Shown here piece by piece: positions 21,803 through 34,254 of a stretch of 64,000 bases of DNA. Each line of letters begins with the position of its first letter. Positions within the stretch are counted from its first letter, which is position 1. The notes beneath the pieces were generated by a model that worked only from the letters and a program-made list of their open reading frames with translations, searched no databases and was not told where the DNA came from. The position numbers and the translations under genes were made by a program. The DNA lies in contig NC_135822.1 of the NCBI RefSeq assembly GCF_964213995.1, positions 16,244,001 to 16,308,000 on the forward strand, in the 5' to 3' direction. Origin of the DNA: Mustelus asterias. Taxonomy: Eukaryota.

Positions 21803-24200
21803 GATAGTTTTTCCAAAGTGGGAGTCAAGCAGTGGGTGGGTCGCAGGCTGTTGAAAAATGGGTCACCAAACCTGATCCCCAAACACTGCTTTTTGTCCCC
21901 CCCCCCCCCCCCCCCCATTTTCTCTCTGGGTAAATTCTCGCTTTTGTACAGGGTGCGACCAGATTTTTTTAATTCATTCATGGACCCCCCCCCCCCATTT
22001 TCTCTCTGGGTAAATTCTCGCTTTTGTACAGGGTGCGACCAGATTTTTTTTATTCATTCATGGAACATGGGCATTGCTGGCTGACTAGCATTTATTTCCC
22101 ATCCCTAGTTGCCCTTGTTCAAAGACTCAACCACATTGCTGTGGCTCTGGAGTCACATGTGGGTCAGACCAGGTAAAGACAGATTTCCTTCCCTAAAAAG
22201 TACATTAGTGAACCAGATGGGTTTTTCCCAACACTCGACAATGGTTTCATGGTCATCAGTAGATTCGTAATTCCAGATATTTTTTATTGAATTCAAATTC
22301 CACCACCTGCCATGGTGGGTTTCGAACCAGGGTCCTCAGAACATTAGCTGAGTTTCTGGATTAATAGTCTAGCGATATCCCAAGGCCATCACCTCCTTAC
22401 GAGGCAAGAATAAAGAGATCAATGTGTCCTGTACGTGCACTTGCCACCAATTTTCTTTCCTTTTCTATAAGCCCATTATGGAGAAGGATCATTTTGTTAT
22501 GGGAGAGGGCCAGAGACACCAATAGATGATAAACCTACTGGCCAGGATCTCTCATCGGAATATGACGGAGAGAGTGGTAGCTACTCGACCAAATCCACAA
22601 CAGGACAGAGCAGTACTAACGTTAGCTATGAACAGAGCGCCAAGGCCTGGTGAACAGCCTGCAAAGCAAAAACTAGAATCAGGAACAAAGCAGAATGAAG
22701 ATGATTTTTTTGATCTGTGGTTTTGTCAATTGTGCCAACACAAATCAGGCTGCAAAGCCCATGTGTGTTACATGCGGGGAAACACTGGCAAATAAAAGAG
22801 TTTAAAACCCTCAAAACTGGAAAGACATCTGAAAAGCATAGCAATCCGGAGAGCAAACCTGTGGATATTTTTCAACGGGTGCAGCAAGAACTAAAATCAG
22901 CTCAAGCTCTTAGCAGAAGTTTAACATTGAATGACAAAGCACAGCTAGCCTCTTACATGGTAGCTTACCGCGTAGCTAAAGAGAATGCCCACACCGTTAG
23001 AGAAATTAATTCTCCCTGCAGCATTAGACATGGTTCACAGTCTTTCAGGAGGAATCCACTGAAATGCATCCTGTTTAGTGGTAAGTGTCTCATCAAATGT
23101 GTCACATTGCTGAGAATTTATAGTAAGAAGTCTCTCAACACCAGGTTTAAAAAGTCCAACAGGTTTATTTAGTGTCACAAGCTTTCGGAGCTGCTCCTTC
23201 ATCAGGTGAGAATTTATAGGTACAGCTTATTTCTAGGTTAAAGTTAGTGAGGGATTTTTCAATACAACTGGATGAAAGTACACATGTTACAGGTTTGTTA
23301 GTTTACGTTAGTTATGTTTGGCACAATGAAATTGTTGTGCTGGTTAACATTACTGATCAGGGACAACTGGTGCACAGAGCTTTGAATACCTACATGGTTG
23401 TAAAGTGCAGACTCGACTGGGTCAATTACAAAAGGACTCAAGTAATGGGGCCAACATGACTGGGAAAAGAGCAGAGTTATAAAAAGGATCGAGACAGCAT
23501 CTGGTCGGGACATTGTTCAGGATCATCGCTTCATTTGCCGCGAGGAATTCCATCCAATCCTGGTGTTGAAAGGAGTTGCGCAAGTTGTGAACTTGCTTGA
23601 ACACAGTGCACTGACCACCAGGCTTTACAAGATTATGTCCAGAAATGAGGGCCAAGCATTTATCGTTCTACACAGAGATATGCTGCTGGCTGTTAAAGGG
23701 TCAGGTGCTTGGCAGTTTACAAATTGAGGTATGAAAAACAGGTTGTCCTCCTTGAGAAAATGTCCCCTCTGGCTAATTCAATGGGGGAAAGTGGGGGTGG
23801 GAGAGGGGAAAATTGGATTCTAATTCACTGTCTTTCCTTGCAAGTTCAGTTCATTTTGTTTAGAATCAAAAGCATGTCTGCAAGGTAAGGATGCTGATTT
23901 TTTGGGAACAAAGATGCATTTCAAAAGTCATTGAAAGTTTGGCAAGCGCAACTAAAAGAAAATGCCTCAACCACACATTCCCCACACTACTACGGAACAT
24001 CAAAGGAAACTATTAATAAGGAAACAGTCAATAAAATGACGAGCCTTATTCAGTCACGTCTGGCTGAACTGATTAATAGATTGCGTTGCTACTTTCCAGA
24101 GAAGTTTGACATTTTGGAAAAGTGGGTGAAAATCCCTTGGAGTTCGAGACCCCAGTCAGTTATTAACACAGCTGACTGCAAAATCCACTCAATACCATAT
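21803..24200 (+). mobile_element. Degenerate hAT (Charlie/Buster-type) DNA transposon
   Basis: Frameshifted transposase pieces (ASYMVAYRVAK...HT, FSIQLDEST..LLVYVSY, C-terminal helices) and a TIR-like start ttccaaagtggg; interrupted by SINE and Penelope inserts. Confidence 0.8.
23122..23211 (-). mobile_element. Short Penelope-like insert with hammerhead motif (23176-23208)
   Basis: Flanked by a 13-bp direct repeat TGAGAATTTATAG; minus strand CAC CUGAUGA AGGAGCAGCUCC GAA AGCU U GUG. Confidence 0.75.
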
Positions 24201-25424
24201 CTCTAATAATACATGAAAAGTAGGACAAGAGAGATGAACCCATTAGTTAATTTGGCGCTAGCTTTAATCTCGCAGAATGAGGATACCTAGTTTAGTATCC
24301 AACAGAGACAGAATGACTGCAAGAGTTTAAGAAAAATACCCTAATATAAAAGCAAAATACTAGAAATCTGAACCACCACCATGCTGGAAGTGCTCAGCAA
24401 GTCTGTCAGCATCTGATGAGACACAGATGCTTCAAGGCATGACCCATCAGAACACTGTCATCTTTAACTATTTAATACTGTACTCACTTTCTATTCTGCA
24501 CTATCCATCAACTTCAGCTCATCCAAAACCCTGTAACTCACACCTATTTTGCAGTCCAATTCATCGGTCACTTTTGACTTTTAAAAGTACAGGGTGTGGG
24601 CTTTGTTGGGAAGGACAATTTATTGCCCATTGCTAGCTGCTCTCAACTAGTGGTGCTGGAGGGTCTTTTTAGATTTATTTAAAATCCCCATCCTTGTCCT
24701 CAAAACCCTCGTGGTTTCAATCCTTCCCATCTCCTGAAAAGTTACAACCGCCAGAACTCTTCACTCCAACTTGGGTCTCGCCCGTGGTAGACAACATACC
24801 TTTGGCTCCATATTTTGAAGACTTTCTTCCTCCTTCTTGCAAAGGAGGAATGTTGTATGAGCTTGCTGTCATCCTCTATCCTTTGGCTTAGCATCCATGC
24901 TAATGAAGCACTCGAGGAGTTTCATTATGTTATAGACTCTACACCTTAATGAAAGCTCAATGGAGCTCATGTAGGATAACACAATAAAAGGCAGCCAATG
25001 TAGTTGATTATGCCTGTTGATCTATCCATTTACTCCTTTCCCCATAGCCCCTGCATGAGGTTGCGCCTTCCAAGTTTTATCCAATTCTCTTTTGAAAGGG
25101 ATTAATGCAGTTTGCTTCCATCAACTTTTCAGACAGTGCAAAACAAGTTGTTTCCTCACGTCAACTCTGGTCCTTGTGTAGCCTGGTTACTAACTCTGTC
25201 ATTGGATGCAGTTACTTCTTACTCTTGAGTTCATGACTTTGAACACTTGTCAAATCTCCTTGCAACCTTCTCTGCTCCACCTAACCTTAGTCTTGGTACT
25301 AGAATATTGCTTCAGGTAAGTTTTGATATGCAAAGTGTTAAGTTGGGGAGGAGTGGGGGCTAGTGTTAGGAAAGGAAGACAGAAAGCACACAGAACTACA
25401 CTTGTGCGCACTAATTCAAACACT

Positions 25425-28021
25425 CCTTCGGATTGCAAAACATCTTTTATTAAATCTTCCATACAATAAAATACAATTGAACAGGCCTCGCTGCAATGCT
25501 GAGCCGAACAATTACACTTTTATACAAAAGCTTAAAGTGGGGCACTAAGAACCCAAAGAGGCACTTGTCTGGGTTTCAGTAACTGCTGGGCACTTTGAAG
25601 CCTGAGTGGCAGAAACTACGGCACTATAGGCTAAACAGCAAGTTCTGACAAAGAATCACAAAACTCAGTAGAAGTTAAATTTGCTGGCTGAAGGCATTAA
25701 GGCACCTCAAGTTTAAAAAGTCATGTCAACCGATATTTAAGTAGTGAGATTCATTGAAAAATACTGTAAAAAGTTTTCCTTTTGGTGGTCAATTATACCA
25801 ACAATACAACAGTGATGGTTAATTCAGGTTTCAGTCTTCACAAAATCTGACTTGACCCATTACCTGTCAGGCACTGACTGATTTCATTATTTTTTTTTTG
25901 CATACACCATCACTCTGGTCAGACCAAGTCAATTAATGCTGTTATTCAGATCTGGATGGGGGGGGGGGGGGGGGGGCACGGTGGTCAAGGCAAGTGATCA
26001 GCTCTGATTCTCCCTTTAACCCAAAAAGAGAGAAGCAAAAAACAACATATCACAATGATTGAGTGACTTTGTGCTTTAACAAAAGTGCAGCAGCTGTGGT
26101 GGTCTTTTCAAAATACCAATCACCAATGTGTTGATCACAATTTGCCTACAGTGCAATCAAAAAGTTACAGTGCTCGACAATTTTCAACATTCATCTAAGA
26201 GTATCACCAGCAAAAGTGAATGACAAGTGCAAGTGGGCCAGCACGACTGCTCCATTGGACTGGGAAAAGGGCGACTAACCTGGTCAGATGCTGTGAATGC
26301 TTTGGACTCAAAGCCCTATTCAGGGGTGTACAGATTTCCTTTTAAAAGTCCTTTGTGCAAAAGATGATCTCCTTGGGTTCATGAACCTAGGCCAATTACT
26401 GGAGATCAATTAAAAGGTTTATAACCAAGTTTTTGTTGAAAAAAAAAAGTGACTAGCTAAGCCTTCAACCAACACCCAAAAGGTTATACTAAAGCAACAG
26501 CATCTGGTACATAGACATCAAGTTTCTCCCACTTTGCTCAGAGCGTTTTTTTATTAAAAAAAACTTCAAAGGAAATCTTGTCACTTGTCAAGATTTGTAC
26601 ATGGTTCATGAAAGCTCAACTCCACTTAGCAAGGCACGGATCCAAAGTGGCGACCCATATAACTTTTAAAGACAAACAGATAAGGCACAAGGCAAGAGTC
26701 AAAATAAGCATCTTTTTGGCTTTTCTTTTGGAGTGTTCATGAAAAGGGACAATGAGGCAACTGGCACAATGAGGAAAATATTATTTTGACAAAAGAAAAA
26801 TTCTATTACTGCCCAAACCCAGAAGTTTGCAATGCTCCATTACAGTTCATTCCAAGAAGTCACCCTCTGTACCTCATCTCTTTCAGTTCAAGGGGCAGGA
26901 TTTGAACTAGGCTTTTCCTACACCCATCACTGATCATTGGTGCTGAAGACAGTGCAGCCCAGATGACTAAGGTCATAAATTTCCTTCAAGCTCATCTTGA
27001 CGTAGCCTGGGGCAGGCTGAAACCAAAACAAATTGCCACAGAAGAGGTAGTGGTTTGTAAACAACGCCATCCGACCTCAAAAGAAAGGGTAAACTTCAGA
27101 AAAGGGAGCTACCGTAGGCTTGATATAAACAATATGTTTGAACAGAAAGTGAAATGAAAGTGGGAGTAGACCATTGCAAACTTCAAATTCAGGAACCATC
27201 CTCCTCATTCAACTGAAATGGCAAAAGGAAACACACCACTCTGGCAAATTAGAACATTAAAACTCAGATGCAAGGGGACAATACTGTACTATTGTTATTG
27301 ACCAGTTGTCTCACCTGGACATCCAGACAGCAAGAATTTTTGCCCCCCTCATCCAGAGTATTCCTCTTAAGATTTGGTGTGTGGACAGCCCACATTGCCA
27401 TGCACACACCAACATTCATGATCCATTACTCAATCTTTGCCTAGTCCTGGTGGCCAGGACTAGCAATAGCAGCCTGCCAACATTTTTAAATTTGTATTCC
27501 AGCTTCATCTAAAATCTCCAAGTAGATGGGTTTTTAACTGCTAGGAATTTACAAAATGCCTATTTAAAAATTAATAGGGTGAAAGATTGTGGAGGTAGGG
27601 CCAAAAAAAAAAAATCACATCAGCTCAGCTTGATAATTACAGACAACCATCTTGATAAAGATTGATCATGATCAGGAGTTCAAATGTATGACAACCTCCT
27701 CAATGGAGTCACAAGGACAATCGAGCGTTTGCAGCATTCGAACTGGTTTCCTGCAGAAGGTTTGGTCCCGAAAGCCATGGTGCCAATCTCAGCTATTATC
27801 AAATGGTGTCCTGTTGCCTTGTTTGCCCATCACCAGTTTGAGAGATCAATGGAGGGTCAAATTGAAGAGTTGAATGCTTTACAACTTTATCTGAACTCTT
27901 GATTATAATCAAATCTCCCCCGATTGTTAATAATGTTTAAACCAATTAACTTTTAAAAGTAGATAAAGTGGGTTGAAACCGGAAAGTCCTCGTCTGCCTC
28001 CAACAGGCAAGAAGTTGGTTC
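25425..28021 (-). other. VAMP3: VAMP3 3'UTR (~2.6 kb, free of recognisable interspersed repeats)
   Basis: Repeat-poor stretch after the stop codon that ends at a minus-strand AATAAA (25446-25451) followed by GT/T-rich sequence. Confidence 0.65.
25446..25451 (-). terminator. Probable VAMP3 polyadenylation signal AATAAA
   Basis: Plus-strand tttatt; the minus strand downstream is GU-rich (gtgtttg...gtgtagttctgtgtgctttctgtc). Confidence 0.6.
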
Positions 28022-28041
28022 TTATGAGGTGGTCTGCCAAA
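28022..28041 (-). CDS. VAMP3: VAMP3 exon 5 coding part: (V)WQTTS-stop
   Basis: Acceptor tttttccctttttgcag|TT TGG CAG ACC ACC TCA TAA. The phase fits exon 4, and a VW C-terminus is typical of VAMP3. Total CDS is 327 nt (108 aa + stop). Confidence 0.9.
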
Positions 28042-28697
28042 CTGCAAAAAGGGAAAAAAAGGCAGCTTAGTCACGAGAAGGGCATATATAACATCTTTAT
28101 TACTGACTACTTCAGTGATGACAGGTTTGGGGTGTTGAATCTTGGGTATACTGAAGGAAGCATCTGGCTGCAAGAAACTGCTCAAACACCTTACTGAAAT
28201 GACTATTCCTTTAGGGTTACTGCAGATATGCAAGCCTCGGATGGGATAACACCAGTCCATATGTTATAGAAGATGCTTAGCATTGCTGCAAGTTTGGATT
28301 TCAGCTAGATTTTAAGAGAAGATTCTTGGGATGTGGGTGCCAATGGCAAGGTGGCCATTTATTGTCCTTCCCCCAGTAACCCAATTTGAAACGACAGAAT
28401 TGCCCACTTCAGAGTAGTGGAGAGTCAATCACATGGTGGGCATGGAACTGGGAGTTAGGAGCTGAGATTGTGCAAGGACTACAGGCTTCCTTCCAGTTGT
28501 CTTTTTATGACAATGTGACATCTTCTGGTCACTTTTACTGAGACCATCTTCAATTTCTAGATTTTTTTAAAGAGAAATCGGAATTCAGCTGGAGTTGATG
28601 AGCAGAAGCTGTCCAGAAGGGGGCGAATCAGAAAGAGAAAGAGACAAGTTGACAGAAGGAGAAAAGATTAAGAGCAACGACAAAGTTGAATACTCAC

Positions 28698-28749
28698 CAA
28701 TTATGATGATGATGATGATCAGGATGACAGCTATTAATATTGCCCACAT
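28698..28749 (-). CDS. VAMP3: VAMP3 exon 4 (52 bp): transmembrane segment MWAILIAVILIIIIIII
   Basis: (CT)n polypyrimidine tract + cccag|ATG acceptor and G|gtgagt donor. 'KNCK-MWAI' is diagnostic of VAMP3 (VAMP1/2 have MMI). Confidence 0.95.
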
Positions 28750-29211
28750 CTGGGAGAGAGAGAGAGAGAAGAGTTTTAGTCTCAGAACTGTCATTGCTGA
28801 AGAAACAGTTGGTCAACATGAACTATTCACATGTTTTAGTGCATAGGTTACAGACACAATAATCCACCATCTTCCAACTTCCATCAACATTAATAGTAGC
28901 CATACATTTTGTTCAACACCTGGAGTCAAAAAGTGCAAATACAAAGTCAATGTCTTGGAATGACTGATGTGTTCTTTTTCCACCAACACAATTACACAAT
29001 GAAGCTGATTAGTTGATCCGTTCCCAATAGTGTTGGCATGGGGAGAATGTGGCCATACACCATGAGAATATCTTGCTCCAGTTGTTCTCAGAACCAAGGT
29101 CAATGCAAACAGAATCTGGAGTTGAATTGGTGTCATTGAAGGTCAGCACCTCCCAACATAGCAGCCAGCATGGGGCTCACACACGACTGAGGATAAAAGT
29201 TGGCAAATTAT

Positions 29212-29772
29212 GTTAGTTATATAAAAAGGTTGGTTCGGCCACATTGGGAATACTGTGTCCAATTCTGGTCACCACACTACCAGAAAGATGGAGGTTTTGG
29301 AGAGAGTGCAGAAAAGGTTTACCAGGATGTTGCCTGGTATGGAGGGTATTAGCTATGAGGAGAGATTGAATAAACTGGGATTGTTCTCCCTGGAAAGGCG
29401 GAGGCTGAGGGGTGGCCTGATAGAAGTTTATAAAATTATGAGGGGCATAGATAGGGTGAACAGTTGCGGAGGCTTTTTCCCCAGCAGAAATTACAATTAT
29501 AAAGGGGGCACAAGTTCAAGATAAGGGGATTTGGGGGGGGGGGGGGGGGGGGAGCACTCAGTGGGGGCAAGTTTTCTTTTTACACAGAGGGGGGTTGGGG
29601 CCTATATTGCACTGCCAAGTGAGGTGGTTGATGCAGCTATGTTAGCCACATTTAAGATTTATCTTGATAGGCATAACAAAACAGGGAATAGAGGGATATA
29701 AGCAGTTGGTAAACGTGATCGGTGCAGGCTTGGAGGGCCGAAGGGCCTGTTCCTGCGCTGTTCTTTGTTCTA
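29212..29772 (+). mobile_element. CR1 LINE 3' fragment in VAMP3 intron 3
   Basis: LERVQKRFTRMLPGMEGISYEERL..., tail gggccgaagggcctgtt. Confidence 0.9.
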
Positions 29773-29926
29773 ACAGAACACGTGCTACATAAATCCAGTG
29801 CCTGCTTCTTATGACAAGCAATCAACTGAACTCAGATTGAGATTTTTACTGCCGTACTGGGAAGGGTGGTAAAACTGGATGGATGGAGCGCAAGCCAACT
29901 GTAAAACAGAAGATCCTATCCCTTAC

Positions 29927-30085
29927 CTTGCAGTTCTTCCACCAATATTTGCGTTTTAGTTTTGCAGCACTGGTCTCAAACTGAGACGCTCCAGCTTGAA
30001 GTGCATCAGCTCGGTCATCCAACTCCGTAAGTTTCTGGTCTCGTTCAAGGACTCTGTCTACATTCACTCTCATGATATCTACGAC
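29927..30085 (-). CDS. VAMP3: VAMP3 exon 3 (159 bp): [53 protein letters not shown]
   Basis: Acceptor tttag|GTC and donor AAG|gtaagg. Canonical R-SNARE motif with the zero-layer R (ERDQK) and juxtamembrane KRKYWWKN. Confidence 0.97.
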
Positions 30086-31299
30086 CTAAAGCCAACAAAG
30101 CACAAGGGAATGTAAAGAAAAAATTCTCTGTTGTTTGTATAGACAACCGAAAGGTTGAAGACCAGAGCACCTCATCTCTCTCTCATGAAGTATCCGCAAA
30201 CTTCAAACATATATTGAACAAACTGTAAAGATCAAGAGGTTTTATTAAATGCTTCACAAGGACGCTGCAAGTTAATACTTAAATAATTGTTGTTCAGCAT
30301 CCCCTATTGGCAAGTGAGAATGCAGGATATCAAATCTCTCCATGGATGGACAGTCTGGCACCAGCTCTCTCACCCGCTTTACTTAGCACCCAAGAGAAGT
30401 CCCAAGATTATAACAGTGCTGGATAAACTCAGGCAAGCTGGCAGCATCTGTGGAGAGAAACAGTTAACGTTGAGTCAGTATGACCTTTCCTCAAGTCCCA
30501 AGGTGCTTGGAAGCACAAGGAGATTTTAAATGGTTAAAAAAGGATCATGAGGATTTCAAGAGGAACAGGGAGATGAAGGGGTCTGGGAAGAAGTGGAACT
30601 ATGGCAAATCAATGGTAGGACAAAGGGGGATAATGCACAAGACGTCAAGGATTTGGGAGGTGGGGAAATCGTAGAGAAGGCTACAAATTGACACTACTGA
30701 CCAAGGAATTTAACAATTAATTTGATTTTTTGGACAGGAATAAGAGGATGGCGATAAAAAAGTCAAGGTGTACAGAACAAGGACAGGTGTGTGATGGGGA
30801 AAACATGTGACAGGCTACAGAGAGCAGGACATTGGATGAGGTGAAAAGTGGGTAGGAATTGAAAGTTGGCCATAACATTCGCAGCAACTGAAGTATAGAC
30901 GGGCCACATCCACCCAGTCAATTCCACTCAATTATAATCACATCTCCAGTCTCCACCCGCAATTAGGTTGTTGCCACGGAGATCTATTCTCAATAGTGGA
31001 AAGATAGATTAGCATCAGTACCTCATTTTACTTGGCTGCCACATCAAGACCATGTGCAACATCTGGATAACCCCTTTAGACGGCTGCCCATTTACAGAAT
31101 ATGGATGATTCAGTGCCACTACCAGGTCCTATCTTTGAACTTTATCCCAGCACATTGCGTTTTCCTACACAACCTGGAACAGAAACTGAAGAATCATTCA
31201 GCCCCATGAACAGAATGGATTGTGCATCTTTTTCCCCCAATGAGAAAACGAGAATCAGTTTTCTTTTATTCAGCCAATTGACAAATCACAGTTAGGCCA

Positions 31300-32480
31300 G
31301 CAAGAGCACAGAATCCAATTTCAGGTAACACACTTTAGGAATGATGTCAAGGCCTGAAAGAGTGAAGAAATTTAGCAGAATGATACTGGGATGCAGAATG
31401 CCAATTATATTGAAAAAGGGTTGAGAAACTGGGATTGGCCTCCCTTGAACGGAGAAAGCTAGGGGGAAATCTAATAGGTGTTCAAAATGGTAAAAGGTCA
31501 AGAAGAAACTGTTTCCAGTGGCAGGAGGGTCAGTAACTAAAGGGACAAAGATTTAAGATAGTGGCATTAAAAAAAAATCTACATTCCAGATCTCACTTGC
31601 TGTGCACTGTCAGAAAATGCAGAAGCAGACACTATAGCAAGTTTCAAAAGGGAATTGATAAATATTTGGAGTAACTGTAGGACTAAGAGGAAGAGAGAGA
31701 GACTAATTGAATAGCTCTTCCAAAACAGAACCAGCACTGACACAACGAGCCAAAAGGCATTCTTGTGTGTTGTATAACTGTTGAATCAGCTCCATTGTGA
31801 AGCACATCTGAACAAAGAATAGGCCATTTGGCCCCTCCAGCCTGCTCCGCCATTTATCATGGCTGATCTGATAGTAACCTCAAATGCATATCCCACCTAC
31901 TTCCGACAACCCATCACTTTGGCCTTAAAAAATATTCAAAGACTCTTTTACCACCACTGTTTCAGGAAGAGAGTCCCAAAGACTCAGGGGAAAAAAGTCA
32001 CCTAATTTCAGTCTTTTTTTGAACAGCAATCTCTTTTCTCAAGAGGAAACTTGCCATATCCACTATCAAGATCTCTCAGGATCTTATGTTTCAATCAAGT
32101 TGTCTCTTACTTTCTAAACTCCAGCAGATACAAGCCTAGCCTATCCACCCCTTTCCTCCAAGACAACCCATGTATTCCAGGTATTAGTCTAGTAAACCTT
32201 CTGTTTCCAACACATTTACATCCTTCCTTACACAATGTGACCAATACTGCACAGTACTCCAAATGTTGTCTCACGAGTACCATGAAACATAACCTCCCTA
32301 GATCTGTATTCAATCCTCCTGGCAATAAATGACATTCTATTAGCTTTCCGAATTACTGGCTGTACTTATATATCAGCCTTTTTGAATCATGCACCAAGAC
32401 ACCCGTTGCAACATCTCACCATTTCGACAACAATGCTTCTTTTATTCTTCCTGCCAAGGCCAAATTCACATTTTCCCATA
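31300..32480. mobile_element. Two old CR1 3' fragments in opposite orientation
   Basis: Degenerate CR1 3' ends (plus ~31300-31780; minus ~31810-32480 with LVRQHLEYCA). Confidence 0.6.
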
Positions 32481-34254
32481 TATTCCATTTGCCCTAATGG
32501 AAAACTTCAGCGTCTCATGTCAGCTGGACAATGCTTTCCAGGGTGAAAGAAGAAGCCACAAGAACTGAAGATAGTGCCAGTGAGTTCCACTGAAATTTCT
32601 ATGGTTCTGAGCTGTACATGAAGGAAGGGATCAAATGAGGGAATAACTTTCATTTTTCATCCAGTGAAAGCTTAGATATGATGAGATGGAATTTCATAAT
32701 TTGGTTAACAATAGTACTGACCTCATCCAACCCAGCACCCTGTACATCCATCGCCCCAACCTTCCTCCGCAGATATCAATCAGGACAATTCTGAACACCA
32801 TACTTCAGAAGGATGCAAATGCATCAGAAAGGGTGTAGATGAACTTTACCAGAATGCTGTCAGGGATGAGGACTTCAATTATAAAGAGAGGTTGAAAAAA
32901 GTCTTCGAAATAGAGTCATCGCTTAAAAGGCAAGATTTTGAAACAAGAGAAAAATTTGCCTCAATAACGAAGTCATGATGAAACATATTGGAAAAAAAAG
33001 CAGTGGAAACCAATTCCATAATTAACTTTGAAAAGATACCGAACAGGTACTGAAAATGAGGAACAGGTTATGGACAAACAACAGGAAATGTAGAATTATT
33101 TATGACTACTCCTCCATAGGGCCAACACAAGCATGGATGGGCTGAACTGCCTCCTCCTGTATACAAGTTAGTGATTATGGCATCTTGATCATAATCCACC
33201 AACTTCAACACTTACTGGGGAGCGAGTTCGGTTGCCTGGGCCAGTGACTCCAAGATGCCCTGGTATCTGCAAATCACTCGATCACTGCAGGTCAGTGGCA
33301 GAAGTTGAGTGCAGGAGCACAGACAATAGCTGTCCAGTTCTCCAATGCAAGATGGCGAATTTTAAATACCAATCAATTAGGAAGCAGCAACATCGTTTCC
33401 ACATCAAACATGGGAAATTAGAAGGCTGGTGTGGAACATGGACAGACCATTTTGGGTCGAATGGCTCGAGACTGTGCTGGCTGTAAACTAAATGTGCAAA
33501 GCGATTAATACAGGTCAAGAGAAACATCAGTGTAGGGGCAGTGAAAGCAGGTTAAGTCAAACACACTTGATTATGGGGAAAAGTGGCAGAATTATAGGCA
33601 AAGAGCAGGGGGCAAAATTACAAATTGGATAGCTCATGCAAAAACATCAGCGTAAGTAGGATGGGCCAAGTGGCCCTCTGAGCTGTTCATGATTCTACTG
33701 GTAATGAGTGCTTGCTGAAAATATCTAGCCCCAAATCAGCTTTCCCAAACAACCATTCCAAAGTCTAAACACCAGCTCTGAACATCCTGTACATCAAACA
33801 GAATTGTGGGGCCTTGAAGGATGATGTTTCAGTAACTTGCCTATTGACACTTTAGGCCAGCATTAGAAAGCATTGCAGCAAAGTCCCACACCGTCAAAGG
33901 TCTATGTAAACATCTCAAAATTGGCTAAATTATGGAGCAGCCATCAACCAAGTTAGATTTATCCACTTTGTACTCAAGTTGCAGTTCATTTTTCAGTGCA
34001 TTGCAGATCTTTAACAAGCAGGTGTCACACCGAGCTGTTTTAAAGAAAAGAAACAGTAATACTATTGTCTAGCAAAAGGCAGGCATCAATAATCTGCCAA
34101 AACGGTTTCAAGAACCAGAGCTGGGACCAAGTGTCACAGCAATCCTCGCTGAAGAATGAAGTTAATGCAAAAGTCCTTGTATTACAATTAGACATTTTAC
34201 AACCTGCATGGAGTTCAACAATTTTAGATCATAACCAGTATATCCATTGTTGAG

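Noticed and set aside
29520-29580. G-run as a functional G-quadruplex
   Set aside because: It replaces normal CR1 sequence in a locally noisy segment; likely homopolymer expansion or consensus error. The G/C runs at 7126-7170 and 16950-17005 are similarly unsupported.
29846-30073. VAMP2 or VAMP1 identity for the synaptobrevin gene
   Set aside because: The short N-terminus, KNCK-MWAI and VW C-terminus, plus the adjacent Period relic, favour VAMP3.
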